Notes under the pieces: model-generated
Seen by the model: the letters and a program-made list of their open reading frames with translations, nothing else
Databases searched by the model: none
Told to the model about the DNA's origin: nothing
Origin: Eledone cirrhosa
Lineage: Eukaryota
Direction: 5' to 3'
NCBI GenBank assembly: GCA_964016885.1
Contig: CAXHJY010001742.1
Span: 26,286 to 90,285 of the forward strand
DNA length: 64,000 bases
Translations under genes and position numbers: made by a program
In this document: positions 1 through 42,209 of the stretch, in pieces
Layout: the number at the start of each line of letters is the position of its first letter
How positions within the stretch are numbered: the first letter of the stretch is position 1

Positions 1-55
1 GTATAAAAATATTAATTCAAATGTATTTACTTATCATACCAACAAAAATACTTAG

Positions 56-616
56 ATATTTTGTATACCTGGGGCCTGTCAGGGCCAGGTAATGTTAATC
101 GCCAACATTGTTGTCTGTTATCCTTTTGTGAAAGTATTGGTGGTTCATGTCGGCTCTAATGATCTGAATCCTCGTCGCACCGTTGGCACTACAAAGCTGT
201 GCAAAGTAATACAATAATTTTTACCCAAGTATTTTTTATTAATCATTTATTTGTAAATTAAGGACAAAGTGCCCATTCGAGGCACAAAACCGGAAAAACA
301 GGGGAAGAGTCTCTTTGCAAGGCTACAGAAAATAGCGGAAAAGCACCACTGTACACCCATTTTCTACAGTGGTGTCATTCCACGTCCACAAAGTGTAATT
401 GAAAATAAAAATGACTTGGGCAAGAGAAATTCTCGTTTGGAAAAGTTTAATTACTGCATGAAAGAAATGATTCAAAAATTGAACTTGCCCAATCTTCACA
501 ACATTGAAAATTGGTCAAAATTTGACAAATCTGACTTCAAACCAGATATGATTCATTTGAACAACGTTGGAAATCTTAAATTGACACAAATTTTTGCCAA
601 TGTTTTTGCCACCTGA
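56..616 (+). CDS. SGNH/GDSL-type hydrolase (esterase), spliced; 5' part lies before the window
   Basis: Exon 56-205 (IFCIPGA...VLVVHVGSND) and exon 263-616 (...YSGVIPR...DMIHLNNVG) are joined in frame by a 57-nt GT-AG intron containing a stop. SGNH blocks II, III (GxND) and V (DxxH) are present. AATAAA follows at about 654. Confidence 0.75.
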
Positions 617-796
617 TCCTTGTTCTATGGCTGACTGACTAATTTTGTGACTTAATAAAATGTCATCATACTAGTAATGCACAATGGTCATTTTTAAATT
701 TAAATTTTATTAAATAGTTGTTGCTTGCATTGCCTTAAAATAGTAACAAGAATGTACACATACTTTTTAAAAATACATCATTATCAGTCAAATCAG

Positions 797-1156
797 TCAA
801 ATGTCACTAAAAGCCAGGTGGTCGATAACAACTTCTATAAGATTAGTTACATGCTCACACATTGGATCACCTCTCATCAATGGCATTGGGTGTCTGAGAT
901 AATCGTGGAGATAACTGATGAAGTCACAAATGAAGTGATGGTCTTCCAGTGTGAACAACTCCCTATATCCATTGATATATGTGATGGCTTCCGATTCATA
1001 GGTGCATTTTATGAGGAATTCCATGCATCCGATTTTCAGTGATTCAATGAGCATTTTATCAGAAATGATAAGGTATTTGACCACGTTTTACTTTGTAAGT
1101 AAATTGAAGAGAATCCCTGCAGTCAAAGTCATTTCTTTGCATGGGTTTTTGTCCAT
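797..1156 (-). pseudogene. Unknown ~120-codon ORF with one in-frame stop
   Basis: MDKNPCKEMTLTAGILFNLLTK*NVVKYLII...HLAFSDI*. Complex coding-like sequence, convergent with the SGNH gene, with a minus-strand AATAAA near 706-711. Confidence 0.4.
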
Positions 1157-1429
1157 TCTAAAAAGTTAAAATGATAAAGTATTACTACTATATAACTTAC
1201 ATCTATTGTTGTAACACCATTGAAATGCACAAGTTTCACCAATTCACTATTATGCACTAATCATCTCAAATGCATTCATGATTTACTAGCTTTGTCATTA
1301 AGCCAGTTGCCTCAACTAGATTGCAATTATACTCAAAAGAACTTTAAAATGTCAATCACTTGTCAGTAATTCACTATGATCATTTAATTATTAGATAGTT
1401 GTTGCTTGCATTGCCTTAAAAAATAGTAG

Positions 1430-2523
1430 ACCAGATAGAAAAATGCGTACAGCAAAAAAAAGTAATATTGTTGGAATATAAACCTTTAAAAATACAGGAC
1501 AAGAAACTAAAATAAAACTTTAAAAGAATAGGACAAGAAACTAAGATAAAACTTTAAAAGACTAGGACAAGAAACTAAGATAAAACTTTAAAGAATTGGA
1601 CAAGAAATAAAAAATTTTACAATAATATTAGTGGCAAAATTTTTTTATTTGTTTCCTGTGCTATGCCCCAGTATCTTCTTGATTAGTGCATAATAATTGT
1701 CATGCTCTCATTGTGCGTTGCCCCTGAGCGGTTGGTTCTGGTTGGGATTGGTTGGCTGAGCAGTTCTGCTACATCAGAATGACCATTGCAAGAAGAATTG
1801 GCCGATGTAGCTGCAGGTCTCCTCCAAGAATGCACTTCTGGTCCCGCAACACCAGACGAAGATGGAGAAGACGACCGGGACAAGATGTCGACTCTGACCA
1901 CCGACTATGGCACCTCCCTCAACCACTGGTCCTCCCTCCCTCTGTCCCGTCATCCCTCCAGTCCTCCTGCTCCCCCTTCCTGTACCAGAAAGCTGTGGCA
2001 CGCATTCATCTGGACTGCCGGACTTGAACTCAAGGACAAGATGCAAGGAGAAGATGGACGGGTTGGTCAAGATCAAGGATGAGCGGGACGACAAGACCGT
2101 CCGCTGCTGCTCAAGATCTGTGCTCATGGGCCCATGGGTCCATTCACATTATGCATGACACATGAGGTGTGTCGCCGAATGATGAAATAGGGGTATGGTT
2201 ATGGCCCAACTGGTGTTCAAACCAGGATCAAATGATCCCCCGGTCTGACGACGACCTCTGAATGTGGAACCCAGAGCCTATGAATGTGGAACTCGATTTT
2301 TTACCAATAAAAATTTTGCCACTAATATTATTGTAAAATTTTTTATTTCTTGTCCAATTCTTTAAAGTTTTATCTTAGTTTCTTGTCCTATTCTTTTAAA
2401 GTTTTATCTTAGTTTCTTGTCCTATTCTTTTAAAGTTTTATTTTAGTTTCTTGTCCTGTATTTTTAAAGGTTTATATTCCAACAATATTACTTTTTTTCG
2501 CTGTACGCATTTTTCTATCTGGT
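1430..2523. repeat. ~215-bp near-perfect inverted repeat pair (1430-1644 / 2309-2523) with internal 34-bp subrepeats, enclosing ~660 bp of GC-richer degenerate coding-like DNA
   Basis: Arms are reverse complements apart from a few mismatches. GGACAAGAAACTAAGATAAAACTTTAAAAGAATA recurs at 1497, 1531, 1565 and partially at 1598. Confidence 0.9.
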
Positions 2524-2662
2524 GTAAAATGTGTAATATTAATATTTAAATAACTGAAGACAAAAATATTATGAAGGTGAGATTGATTCTCAACATTTAC
2601 ACAACACAAATTATTCCAAATTCCTTTTATTTTTACTGAAAATCTGGAGGTTATTCTATGTA

Positions 2663-3711
2663 CAGGGTGGTCTGAAAGTCTTGTCACCCATACATATTCT
2701 TTTAACTTGCATTATTTTTTGTTTTAATAATATAATATATAATATCATAAATTATAATATATAATAATAATAATATAATTATTATTATAGATTATAATAA
2801 ATTTTTTCTACCAACAATTATCCCAGTGTATTACTGGTACTTTATTTTATCGACCCCGTAAGGATAAAAAGCAAAGTTAACCTCAGCAAGATTTGAACTC
2901 AGACCATAAAGGGCCGTAACTCTTTGCTGCAAAGCATCGCATCCGACCCTCTACTGATATTGCCAATCCATCGCCCTATAATATATTATAATTAATGATA
3001 TTATATATTATATTATAAAAACATAATATATAATATCATTAATTATAATATATAATAATAATATAATCATTATTATTATATATTATAATTAATGATATCA
3101 TCATCATCATCATCATCATCATCACCGTTTTACGTCCGTTCTTCCACGCTAGCATGGGTTAGACGGGTTGTCCTGTTGTGGGCAGTGTCCGGTTGGCTGA
3201 TCTTGCCTTGCTCATACAGGAACTGATATTTATATTATTAAAATATAATATATAATATCATTAATTATAATATATAATAATAATAATAATATAATTAATT
3301 GTTTCTACTTTAGGCACAAGGCCAGCAATCACCTAGTGAATTACTGGTACTTTATTTTATCGACCCCGTAAGGATGAAAGGCAAAGTTGACCTCGGAGGG
3401 ATTTGATCTCAGAATGGAAAGGGCCGTTAATAATAATTGTTTCTACTTTAGGCACAAGGCCAGCAATCACCTAGTGAATTACTGGTACTTTATTTTATCG
3501 ACCCCGTAAGGATGAAAGGCAAAGTTAACCTCGGCGGGATTTGAACACTAAAGATTGTAAAGGGACGTAACTATGCTAGAAAGCATGGCGTCCAACCCTC
3601 CACCGATACTGCCAATTCACCGCTAATGATATTATATATTATATTATCAAAACAAAAAATTATTAAAGTTAAAATAATATGTAATGGTTACAAGACTTTC
3701 AGACCATGCTG
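2663..3711. mobile_element. Tc1/mariner-type MITE with nested SINE insertions
   Basis: TA|CAGGGTGGTCTGAAAGTCTTGT ... ACAAGACTTTCAGACCATGCTG|TA terminal inverted repeats with TA duplication; SINE pieces inside. Confidence 0.8.
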
Positions 3712-3876
3712 TAGTTGTAGGGGATTTCGTTTCATCCATTGATAGTCATTGCTATTGATGGAGTGCAAAGTTCATGCCATCTTTTATACAGATGATTACA
3801 GCAGCTTAAGTAACAGTGAGTCTTCTTGAAATATAGTTGTCGTTGTTTTAGTTCCCAAAGACAAACATCTTGCACT

Positions 3877-4324
3877 ATATGTATATATATATAGATACAC
3901 ATACATACATACATATGTTCATGCACACACATATATATATACATACATACTCACACATATATATACATACACACACACATATATATATACATACTCACAC
4001 ATATATACATACACACACACATATATATATATATACATGCATACATATATACATACACACATATATACATACACACATATATACATATACATACACACAT
4101 ATATACATATACATACATATATACAAACATATATACACACACACACATATATACATACACACATATATACATATACACACACACATATATACATACACAC
4201 ATATATACATATACATACACACATATATACATACACACATATATACATATACATACACACATATATACATACATATATACAAACATATATATATACACAT
4301 ACATACATACATATATATATACAC

Positions 4325-4362
<38 letters not shown>

Positions 4363-4810
4363 ATACATACATATATATATATACACATATATACATACAT
4401 ATATATATACACATATATACATACATGCATACATACATACATATATATATATACATATACATACATACATATATATATACATATACATACATACATATAC
4501 ATATACATACATATATATATATACATACATACATACATACATATATATACATATACATACATATATATATACACATATACATACATACATATATATATAC
4601 AAATACATACATATATATATATACACATATATACATACATACATATATACACATATATACATACATACATACATACACATATATACATACATACATACAT
4701 ATATATATACACATATACATACACATATATATATACACATATATATATATACATACGTATATATATATATACATACATATATATATATATATACATACAT
4801 ATATATATAC

Positions 4811-4841
<31 letters not shown>

Positions 4842-4858
4842 CATACATATATATATAC

Positions 4859-4889
<31 letters not shown>

Positions 4890-4890
4890 C

Positions 4891-4921
<31 letters not shown>

Positions 4922-4970
4922 CATACATACATACATACATATATATATATATACATACATACATACATAC

Positions 4971-5017
<47 letters not shown>

Positions 5018-5146
5018 TATGTATATACATATATATATACATATATATATACATATATATACATATATATATACATATATATACATATATATATACATAT
5101 ATATATACATATATATATACATATATATATACATATATATATATAC

Positions 5147-5184
<38 letters not shown>

Positions 5185-5190
5185 ATACAC

Positions 5191-5241
<51 letters not shown>

Positions 5242-5302
5242 CATACATATATATATATATACATACACATATATATATATATATATATATACATATACAT
5301 AC

Positions 5303-5349
<47 letters not shown>

Positions 5350-5364
5350 CATATATATATATAC

Positions 5365-5397
<33 letters not shown>

Positions 5398-5408
5398 CAC
5401 ATACATAC

Positions 5409-5461
<53 letters not shown>

Positions 5462-5476
5462 CATATATATATATAC

Positions 5477-5543
<67 letters not shown>

Positions 5544-5584
5544 CATATATATACATATATATATATATACATATATATATATAC

Positions 5585-5631
<47 letters not shown>

Positions 5632-5662
5632 CATATATATATATACATATATATATATATAC

Positions 5663-5715
<53 letters not shown>

Positions 5716-5860
5716 CATACATATATATATATATACACACATATATATATAAACACATATATATATATATACATATATATATATACACATATATATATAT
5801 ACATATATATATATACACATATATATATATACATATATATTTATATACATATATATATAC

Positions 5861-5921
<61 letters not shown>

Positions 5922-6002
5922 CATATATATATACATACATATATATATACATATATATATATATACATATATATATACATATATATATACATATATATAT
6001 AC

Positions 6003-6035
<33 letters not shown>

Positions 6036-6475
6036 CATATATATTTATATACATATACATATATATATATATATACATATATATACATATATATATACAT
6101 ATATATATATACATATATATATATACATATATATATATACATATATATATATACATATATATACATATATATATACATATATATATACATACATATATAT
6201 ATACATATATACATATATATATATATACACATATATATATATACACATATATATATATATATATATACATACATATATATACAGACACATATATATATAT
6301 ATATATACATACATATATATATATACATACACATATAATATATATATATACATAAACATATATATATACATACACATATATACATATATATACATATATA
6401 TAAATATATATACATATACATACATATACATATATATATATATATACATACATACATATCTATATATACATACAT

Positions 6476-6512
<37 letters not shown>

Positions 6513-6540
6513 TACATAGATATTCATACATATATATACC
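3877..6540. repeat. ~2.6-kb compound (TA)n/(CA)n microsatellite
   Basis: Alternating purine-pyrimidine tract; source of the spurious YI/HT ORFs. Confidence 0.98.
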
Positions 6541-6803
6541 CCCATACAAATATATCCATTATCTCATTTGGTATGGCACTTTTTCTCAGGGTGTTTATGA
6601 CAATGGGTTGTACGTTGGTCACCCAAACATCACATCATTACATGATTTTGGGGGTGAGTTAAATTATCTGAAAATTAATAAGAAATATTGATGTGATTTG
6701 AGTGAAGAATATTAATTAGGATTATTAATTACTGTTTGATGGTCTATAAGACCCATTCCCCTCCCATGCCCTCAAAAACATCACTAAAATATATCCGTGT
6801 CGA
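6540..6803 (-). other. Probable PDE9 terminal exon / start of 3' UTR (acceptor ambiguous)
   Basis: Unique sequence downstream of the last clear exon, with three candidate acceptors (exon starts 6803, 6783, 6667). Each gives a short tail and a stop in the required phase. Confidence 0.35.
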
Positions 6804-6841
6804 CTGAAAAGTTGTTTATATATGTATATATGTGTGTCTGA

Positions 6842-6921
<80 letters not shown>

Positions 6922-6924
<3 letters not shown>

Positions 6925-7240
6925 GGCACATGGCTTAGTGGTTAGAGCATCGGCTTCGCAATCGAAAGGTTGTGAGTTCAATTCTCAGACCGGGTGATGT
7001 GTTGTTTCCTTGAGCAAGACACATTATTTCACGTTGCTCCAGTTTACTCAGCTGTAGAAATGAGATGATAGGGACTGGGATCCCTATCATTCATGGAGGT
7101 GCCACGGCCAAAAAGCACCCAGCACTCACTGTAAATGAGGTTGGTGTTAGGAAGGGCATCCAGCTGTAGAAATCAAGCCAGAATCAGTTCCCGTCCCACC
7201 CTTGCAAGCAGGGAAAAGTGGACGTAAAATGAATGAATGA
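6922..7240 (+). mobile_element. tRNA-derived CORE-like SINE with RTE-type tail (family B)
   Basis: A box TGGCTTAGTGG, B box GTTCAATTC, CCTTGAGCAAGACA core, tail CCCACCCTTGCAAGCAGGGAAAAG.GGACGTAAAATGA. Confidence 0.85.
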
Positions 7241-7509
7241 AAATGAAAAATATATATATATATATATATACATACACACCCAGTCTAGGAGCCAAACCCA
7301 TAATATTATGATTGTGAGTCCAACACCCTAACCCCTAGGCCATATATCTTCACTATGATGATGATAGAGGTCCTTATTATTCCTATCATTATCAAAGGGC
7401 CGTTTCTGTCCAAGTAAGGTTGTAACACTTCGTTTTCCAACGGAGCCAGTGACTTAATCCTAACATTATCAAAGGGTTGTTTCTGTCCATACAAGGTTGT
7501 AACACTTAC

Positions 7510-35492
<27,983 letters not shown>

Positions 35493-38400
35493 CTGAAAAT
35501 AATAATGATTTCTAGTATAGGCCAGTAATTTGGGGGGAGGAGGAAGTAGATTAAATCGACCGCAGTACTTACTGCTGCTTTATTTTACTGACACCGTAAT
35601 GATGAAAGGCAAAGCTAACCTCGGCGGGATTTGAATTTAGAACGTAAAGGGCTGTAATTAAATGTTACGAGGCATTTTGTCCGACGCTCTACCGATTCTG
35701 CAAATCCAACAACAGACAATTATCCAAACCTCAGTATGCCTCCCACCTCACCCTACCCCGAGGTAAGTTGAAATATATTTCAGTATGAAAGAGAGACAAC
35801 TGGAAAGAAATGTCAGCTTCAAACGGAAGGGCGATATGTAAGTTTGTATGGCCCCGTAACTCCTGATAGAGACGTAAGGGCGCTGTATTCAGCAGATTTC
35901 TTCCAGAGAAAGATAGAAAGTGAGAGAGAAGTTGACCTCAGCAGGATTTGAACTCAGTGAGCAAAGAGCCGGAACGAATAAAATAAAGCATTCTATTCGA
36001 CATTCTAACGACTCAGTCAATTGAAGGGCGATATAACAACAACCAAATAATCATTGAAGCAGGTGATTCAGGCAATAGCACAGAGAATCAGGAGGTTTAA
36101 CAAGAGGAAGAAGGCGTTCATGTAAAATAAGATCTTCAATGAAGCCATCAAGACATTGAAAGGTAAGCTTGGCAAGAAGAAGATTAACTATCCACTATCA
36201 AAGACGTCAAAGGATGTTGCAGTGGAATGGATCACCATCAGTTTCGACGATGAATGTTTCAGGTCAATCAACGGAACAGCTTGTTTGTGTAATTAACTTT
36301 GGCGTAGATTTGGTTATTACTTCTAGCAGTGTGTAAAGCACCCAACAACAATAACAACAGTAATAACAACAACAGTAGTAGCAGCAACAAAACAACAATA
36401 ATAACAACAGCAACAACAGAAATAACAAAAAACAATGGTAGAAGCAACAGCAAGACCAGCAGCCACAAAAACAACAACAACAACAACAACAATAATGACA
36501 GCAACAATAACAACAACGTCAGCCACAATAACAGAATTGATGTTAAAAGTACAGCAAAGGTTGGGAGTATAATGGCTGCTTATCTGTATTTTACTCCCTG
36601 CAGGCGGAAACGGAAATAACTCCTTAAATGAAATGGAGAAATATTCTAAGATTACAGTGGAGCAGTTTATATACTTAGAACATATAGTAGAATATAAGAA
36701 TATAGGAATATTTACTAGAATATATAATTTGGAATGTATAATTAGGAATACAGACTAGAATATTATACAGTTTGGAATATATACTAGAATATATATTATT
36801 AGTAAGGTGGCAAATTGGAAGAGTCGTTAGAACGTCGGATAGAATGCTTTGCGGTATTCGTTTCAGGTCTCTGCACTCCCAGTTCAAATTCTGCTAAGGT
36901 CAACTGTGTCTTTCATCATTTCAAGGTCGATAAAAAGAACAGGTCTAGCACTAGGGTGGATTCTTCCTTTATATCTCTTTCTCGCTTCTATTCTTTCACT
37001 CTCTATTCTTCTGTTGAAGAAATCTGCTGTATTCAGATCTGGAGAGGAGATGGGCTCCGCCAGGTTTTTAAATGCCTGAGAAACGCTGTAAGTCAATACG
37101 GCGTCCCTACTAATTCCCCAGAAGTTAGTATATATATCAGCAGCGACTCACATAGCAGGATTCATAATGGAGGTGTATAGGGCATAATATGTAATTGTTT
37201 ATATATAATGGTTTCTTATATAGGCACCAGGCCAGCAATTTTGGGGAGGGGGAAGTCGATTAAATCGACCCCAGTGCGTGACTGGTACTTTATTTCATCG
37301 ACCCCGTAAGGATGAAAGGCAAAGTTAACCTCGGCGGGATTTGAACTCAGATCAGAAAGGGCCGTAATTCTATGCTGCAAAGCATGGCGTCTGACCCTCT
37401 ACCAATACTGCCAATCCACTGCTCTATAGGCATAATATATAAGCATATATAAGTCTCGCTATGAATGTTTTAAGCTGCGATCATGTCAGAACACCAGACA
37501 GTAGAGTTTCGGGATTTTTTAATCCATCATCAGTTATACTTACTCATTCAGTATTAAGACAATAATCAGCTATAGCTTAAATACTTTTTGTATATAAAAC
37601 ATTTGTTGGATAAATTTTATTTAAAATGACCCTCAGCATGCCCCCTATAAAGTAACTTAATGTTCCTTATTTTGTGTATTAGGGATTTTATCAAAATGTT
37701 CCCTGCCATGCCCTCTATGAAATAAATTAGTGTTCTTCTTATTTTATGTATTAGAGATTTCATCGAAATGTCCATCGGCTTGTCCCCTACGAAATAAATT
37801 ACAGTTCCTTATTATTTCATGTGTTAGGGTTAATTATTTTTTGGTCCATAAAGGGTTTTTAAATTGACTCACACAAGTACATATTTTACACCTGTTTGTA
37901 AAAGCCAAACTCGCTGTCTTCAATTCAGTTTTCGTGCCAACCCTTACCTATTATGGTCGTAAATCTTGGGTAATGACTGAACGTACACGATCGCGAATAC
38001 AAGCAGCTGAAATGGGATTCCTACGAAAGGTTTTTGGAGTAACGTTACTCGATAGAGTACGTAGCTTGGAGATCAGCGATTTATTCCAGGTAGAGCCGCT
38101 ACTTCTCCGAATTGATTTACAACGACAACAACAACGACAACATCAGCAATAAAGACAACAACAACAACAACAACAACAGCAATCACAATAACAACAGCAA
38201 CAACAATAAGGACAACAACAACAATAACAACAACACTACCACCACCACCACCAATAACAGCAGCAGTAACAACAACAACACTACCATCACCAACAGCAGT
38301 AACAACAACAATCACAACTAGAACACCACCAATAACACAGCAGTAACAACAACAACAACAACAACACAACCACCACCAATAACAGCAGCAGTAACAACAA

Positions 38401-39324
38401 CACCAACAGCAGTAACAACAACAACACTACCACCACCACCACCAATAACAGCAGCAGTAACAACAACACCAACAGCAGTAACAACAACAACACTACCACC
38501 ACCACCACCAATAACAGCAGCAGTAACAACAACAACACCAACAGCAGTAACAACAACAACAATCACAACAACTAGACACCACCAATAACACAGCAGTAAC
38601 AACAACAACAACAACACAACCACCACCACCAATAACAGCAGCAGTAACAACAACAACACCAACAGCAGTAACAACAACAACAATCACAACAACTAGAACA
38701 CCACCAATAACAGCAGTAACAACAACAACATTACCACCACCAATAACAGCAGCAGTAACAACAACAACACCAACAGCAGTAACAACAACAACAATCACAA
38801 CAACTAGAACACCACCAATAACAGCAGTAACAACAACAACAACAACACTACTACCACCAATAACAGCAGCAGTAACAACAACAACACTACCATCACCAAC
38901 AAGTACAACAACATATATATAGTCACGTCTCACTGAGCTCAAACAGTGAAATTCTCATGAACCAGCTTTTAGTTTATTAAACCCACAGGCATCAATACGA
39001 CCAAGTTAGAACCAGATTTCCTTTATATTAGCTCGAATAAATAAATAAACAAATGTATAAAATAAAAATAAAAATAAAATATAACTAAAATAAAATTAAA
39101 ATAAAATATAACTAAAATAAAATATAAATAAAATATAAATAAAATATAGATAAAATGTAAGTTAAAATAAAATAAAATATGCTTCAATGAATTTCGTGTT
39201 CCTGAGCCGCTCTGCAATAATATTTCGTCTTTATGTATTTTTCTTTTGCGCAAAAGAAAAATACATAAAGATGAAATATTGTTGAAGAGCGGCTCACGAA
39301 CACAAAATTCATTGAAGCATATTA

Positions 39325-39660
39325 TTACTGCTTGAGGGGCTCAAATGAGTTAAATCACTTGTTGAACTACTGCTGCATATTATATTTTGCTTGAGGGGCT
39401 CAAATGAGGTAAATCACTTGTTTTATTGTTGAACTACTGCTGCATATCATATCTTGCTTGAGGGGCTCAAATGAGTTAAATCATTTGTTGAACTACATAT
39501 TTTGGTTGGGGTGGTTCAAATGAGTTAAATCACTTGTTGAACTACTGCTGCATACACACACACATATTGCTTGAATGGCTCAAATGAGTTAAATCACTTG
39601 TTGAACTACTGCTGCATATTATATTTTGCTTGAGGCGGTTCAAATGCTTTCAACCACTTG
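39325..39660. repeat. ~58-bp minisatellite (~6 units)
   Basis: TGCTTGAGGGGCTCAAATGAGTTAAATCACTTGTTGAACTACTGCTGCATA repeats. Confidence 0.85.
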
Positions 39661-39974
39661 TTTAACTTCTAGCTGATCAACAGTTTTCTGAAGATAGTGA
39701 TCAAAGTTCATTACGTTATTCCGTTTGCGTTGGCGTAGAATATTCTAGTTGTTTATTAGCTGACGATGAGGGAGTGGGGTTAGTCATATAGGACATCTGT
39801 GGGGTAGGGGAAAGGCAAACAATGGGTGGATTGGTGTAGTAGTATCGTGTATTTCAATAATAAGATCTCTAGTTTGCTCACTTAAAATATATCCGTGTTT
39901 TCAATACCTTTATGTGTGTGGGAGGGGGGCTATGTATGTACATTGTACGTTTAAGTATATATACACATACAGAG

Positions 39975-40026
<52 letters not shown>

Positions 40027-40626
40027 ATTTGATTAAAATAACGAGGCCGGACTGGTAATATTCCTATGAAGTTTTACTGTTGCAATTAATATTTAACTTC
40101 GTTCCTGCACCAACAATGGATGAGTTGCGTAACGTAGAGAGCTTTTCCTCATAATACACCATGGTATCTAAACGGAATAACCAGTTCTATATATTAGTGA
40201 ACCACAAAACATAAATGAATATATATATAGTCCAGAAATAGCCGTCGAAACGGCTTGAGCACTGCCGTCGGGGTCATACTTATTCCTATTACCCACTCTA
40301 CTACCCTAAGTATTGAGTACTTTGGTGCGTTATGGTCCATCTGGTTCCTTACCACATTTCCTTCGTTATATATATATATATATATATATATATCGTACCC
40401 ACGGGCATACTAACTTCTTCTATATATATATATATATATATTTTTCTCTACTACAACCTTCTTACACCACCTTCTTCTCACCCGTCTATTTTCACTCCCA
40501 CCCTAGTACCTTCAGTATGCCCAATCTCAAATCTTTTCTCCACCAGCTCCATTCTACTCTCATCTAAAGACATTTTTTCCAATTCCAACCCGCCCGTCCC
40601 CTCAATCTATCTTATTTCACATTCTT

Positions 40627-40662
40627 TCTTCTGATGAAGGACTAGCGTCCGAAACGTTAAGA
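40627..40662 (+). ncRNA. Minimal type I hammerhead ribozyme motif (Penelope type)
   Basis: TCTT-CTGATGA-A-GGAC(TAGC)GTCC-GAAA-CG-TT-AAGA; palindromic AACGTT in place of stem III. Confidence 0.8.
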
Positions 40663-40768
40663 CCCTCTTCCTGCTATATCAAGCGTTAACCTAATATATC
40701 CCTTCCATATACTGTACCGATAGTGTTGTTATTTCTGTTTACCTTTTATATACATATACATATATAGC

Positions 40769-41172
40769 ACGAGAGTGGGCTCATAAGTTCATAGGCTGCC
40801 TATGAAGGAGAGATGCTAGATCTATGAAATCTTGCATTCATTAATTTCAACTCTTATTGGGCGGTGGATTGGCAGTATCGGTAGAGGGTCTGACGCTATG
40901 CTTTGCAGCAAAGAGTTACGCCCCTTTATGGTTTGAGTTCAAATCCCGCCGAGGTTAACTTTGCCTTTCATCCTTACGGGGTCGATAAAATAAAGTACCA
41001 GTAATGTATTGGTTAATTGCTGGCCTTGTGCCAAACGTGGAAACAATTAATTTCAACTCTTATTTATAACGGCATTGTTTTTTTCTAGAGACTATGTTGA
41101 AAGAAAAGACCTCATTTGGTCATTCCATGATAGTATCTTGGTCAGCATATAAACTTTTCAGCCGACCCTCGT
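40769..41172. mobile_element. Mariner-like MITE family; other copies ~33480-33720, 57075-57261, 57715-57912
   Basis: Ends resemble CGAGGGTCGGCTGAAAAGTTCATAG ... CTTTTCAGCCGACCCTCG|TA. Confidence 0.7.
40860..41048 (+). mobile_element. tRNA-derived SINE family A (full copy, inserted in a mariner MITE)
   Basis: GGCGGTGGATTGGCAGTATCGG (A box), GTTCAAATCC (B box), central GCCTTTCATCCTTACGGGGTCGATAAAATAAAGTACCAG. Other copies on the minus strand at about 2800-2977, 3297-3625, 8631-8830, 12538-12690, 18408-18596, 24196-24380, 35500-35710, 37208-37424, 55801-55912 and 63707-63820. Confidence 0.85.
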
Positions 41173-41607
41173 ATATACGGTATATACACGCAAGCAACCA
41201 CACATATAGTGGTGATGGTGGTGTTGGTGGTGGCAGTGGTGGTAGTGGTAGTAGTGTTAGTGTTAGTAGTGGTGTTAGTGTTAGTGGTGGCGTTAGTGAT
41301 AGTGGTGGTGGTAGTAGTGTTAGTGTTAGTAGTGGTGTTAGTGTTAGTGGTGGCGTTAGTGTTAGTGGTGGTGGTAGTAGTGTTAGTATTAGTAGTGGCG
41401 TTAGTGGTAGTGGTGTTAGTGGTGGTGCTAGTGTTAGTGGTGGTGATAGTGGCGTTAGTTGTGGTGATAGTGGTGGCATTAGTGGTGGTGATAGTAATAG
41501 TGGTGGTGGTGGTAGTGGCGGTAGTGGCGGTGTCGAGGGGAAAACTGTAAATAACCAGAAAAGGCTGCCAAGCACGTCTCACTGAAATGATTTGTTTATA
41601 CATATAC

Positions 41608-41661
<54 letters not shown>

Positions 41662-41684
41662 TTCATATATATGCATACACATAC

Positions 41685-41716
<32 letters not shown>

Positions 41717-41916
41717 CTAGATATACATACTTATACACACACATATGTGTATGTATATATATATATATATGACCAAAAATTAAACAAGGTTCATTGATTA
41801 ATCAATGAATATAGTTTTACAATAGATTAGAAGCACTCAACAGTAAATATTTCTGGAGTTATTAATATTAATTCAAAATATTAATATATATAGACATTCA
41901 GCGTAATCAAAATATA

Positions 41917-41978
41917 TTTTATTATATATATTTCGGAGGTACTGTGCTGTTTTTTCAGTACGTCCTCATCAGATAAAA
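41917..41978 (-). ncRNA. Hammerhead motif with (TA)n stem III
   Basis: TTTTAT-CTGATGA-GGA.C.GTACTG..CAGTAC.C.TCC-GAAA-TATATA-TA-ATAAAA. Confidence 0.75.
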
Positions 41979-42144
41979 TATATAAATTGATGTATGACAT
42001 ACCTCAACTGTGCTGATGGTTCAATTCCAGTCTTGGCAGTGATTAATTACAACAAAACTCAATATTTATATACCATAAGTACTAACATGACAAACTAAAT
42101 ATATATATATATATACCATAAGTACTAACATGACAAACTAAATA

Positions 42145-42202
<58 letters not shown>

Positions 42203-42209
<7 letters not shown>

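Noticed and set aside
3870-6545. ORFs of up to 844 aa (YI/HT/VC rich), and similar ones at 18.7-20.4, 53.8-54.9 and 63.0-63.7 kb
   Set aside because: Alternating dinucleotide tracts lack stop codons; no coding complexity.
6922-6995. tRNA-like sequences at SINE heads
   Set aside because: They have A and B boxes but no complete cloverleaf, and always continue into the SINE body.
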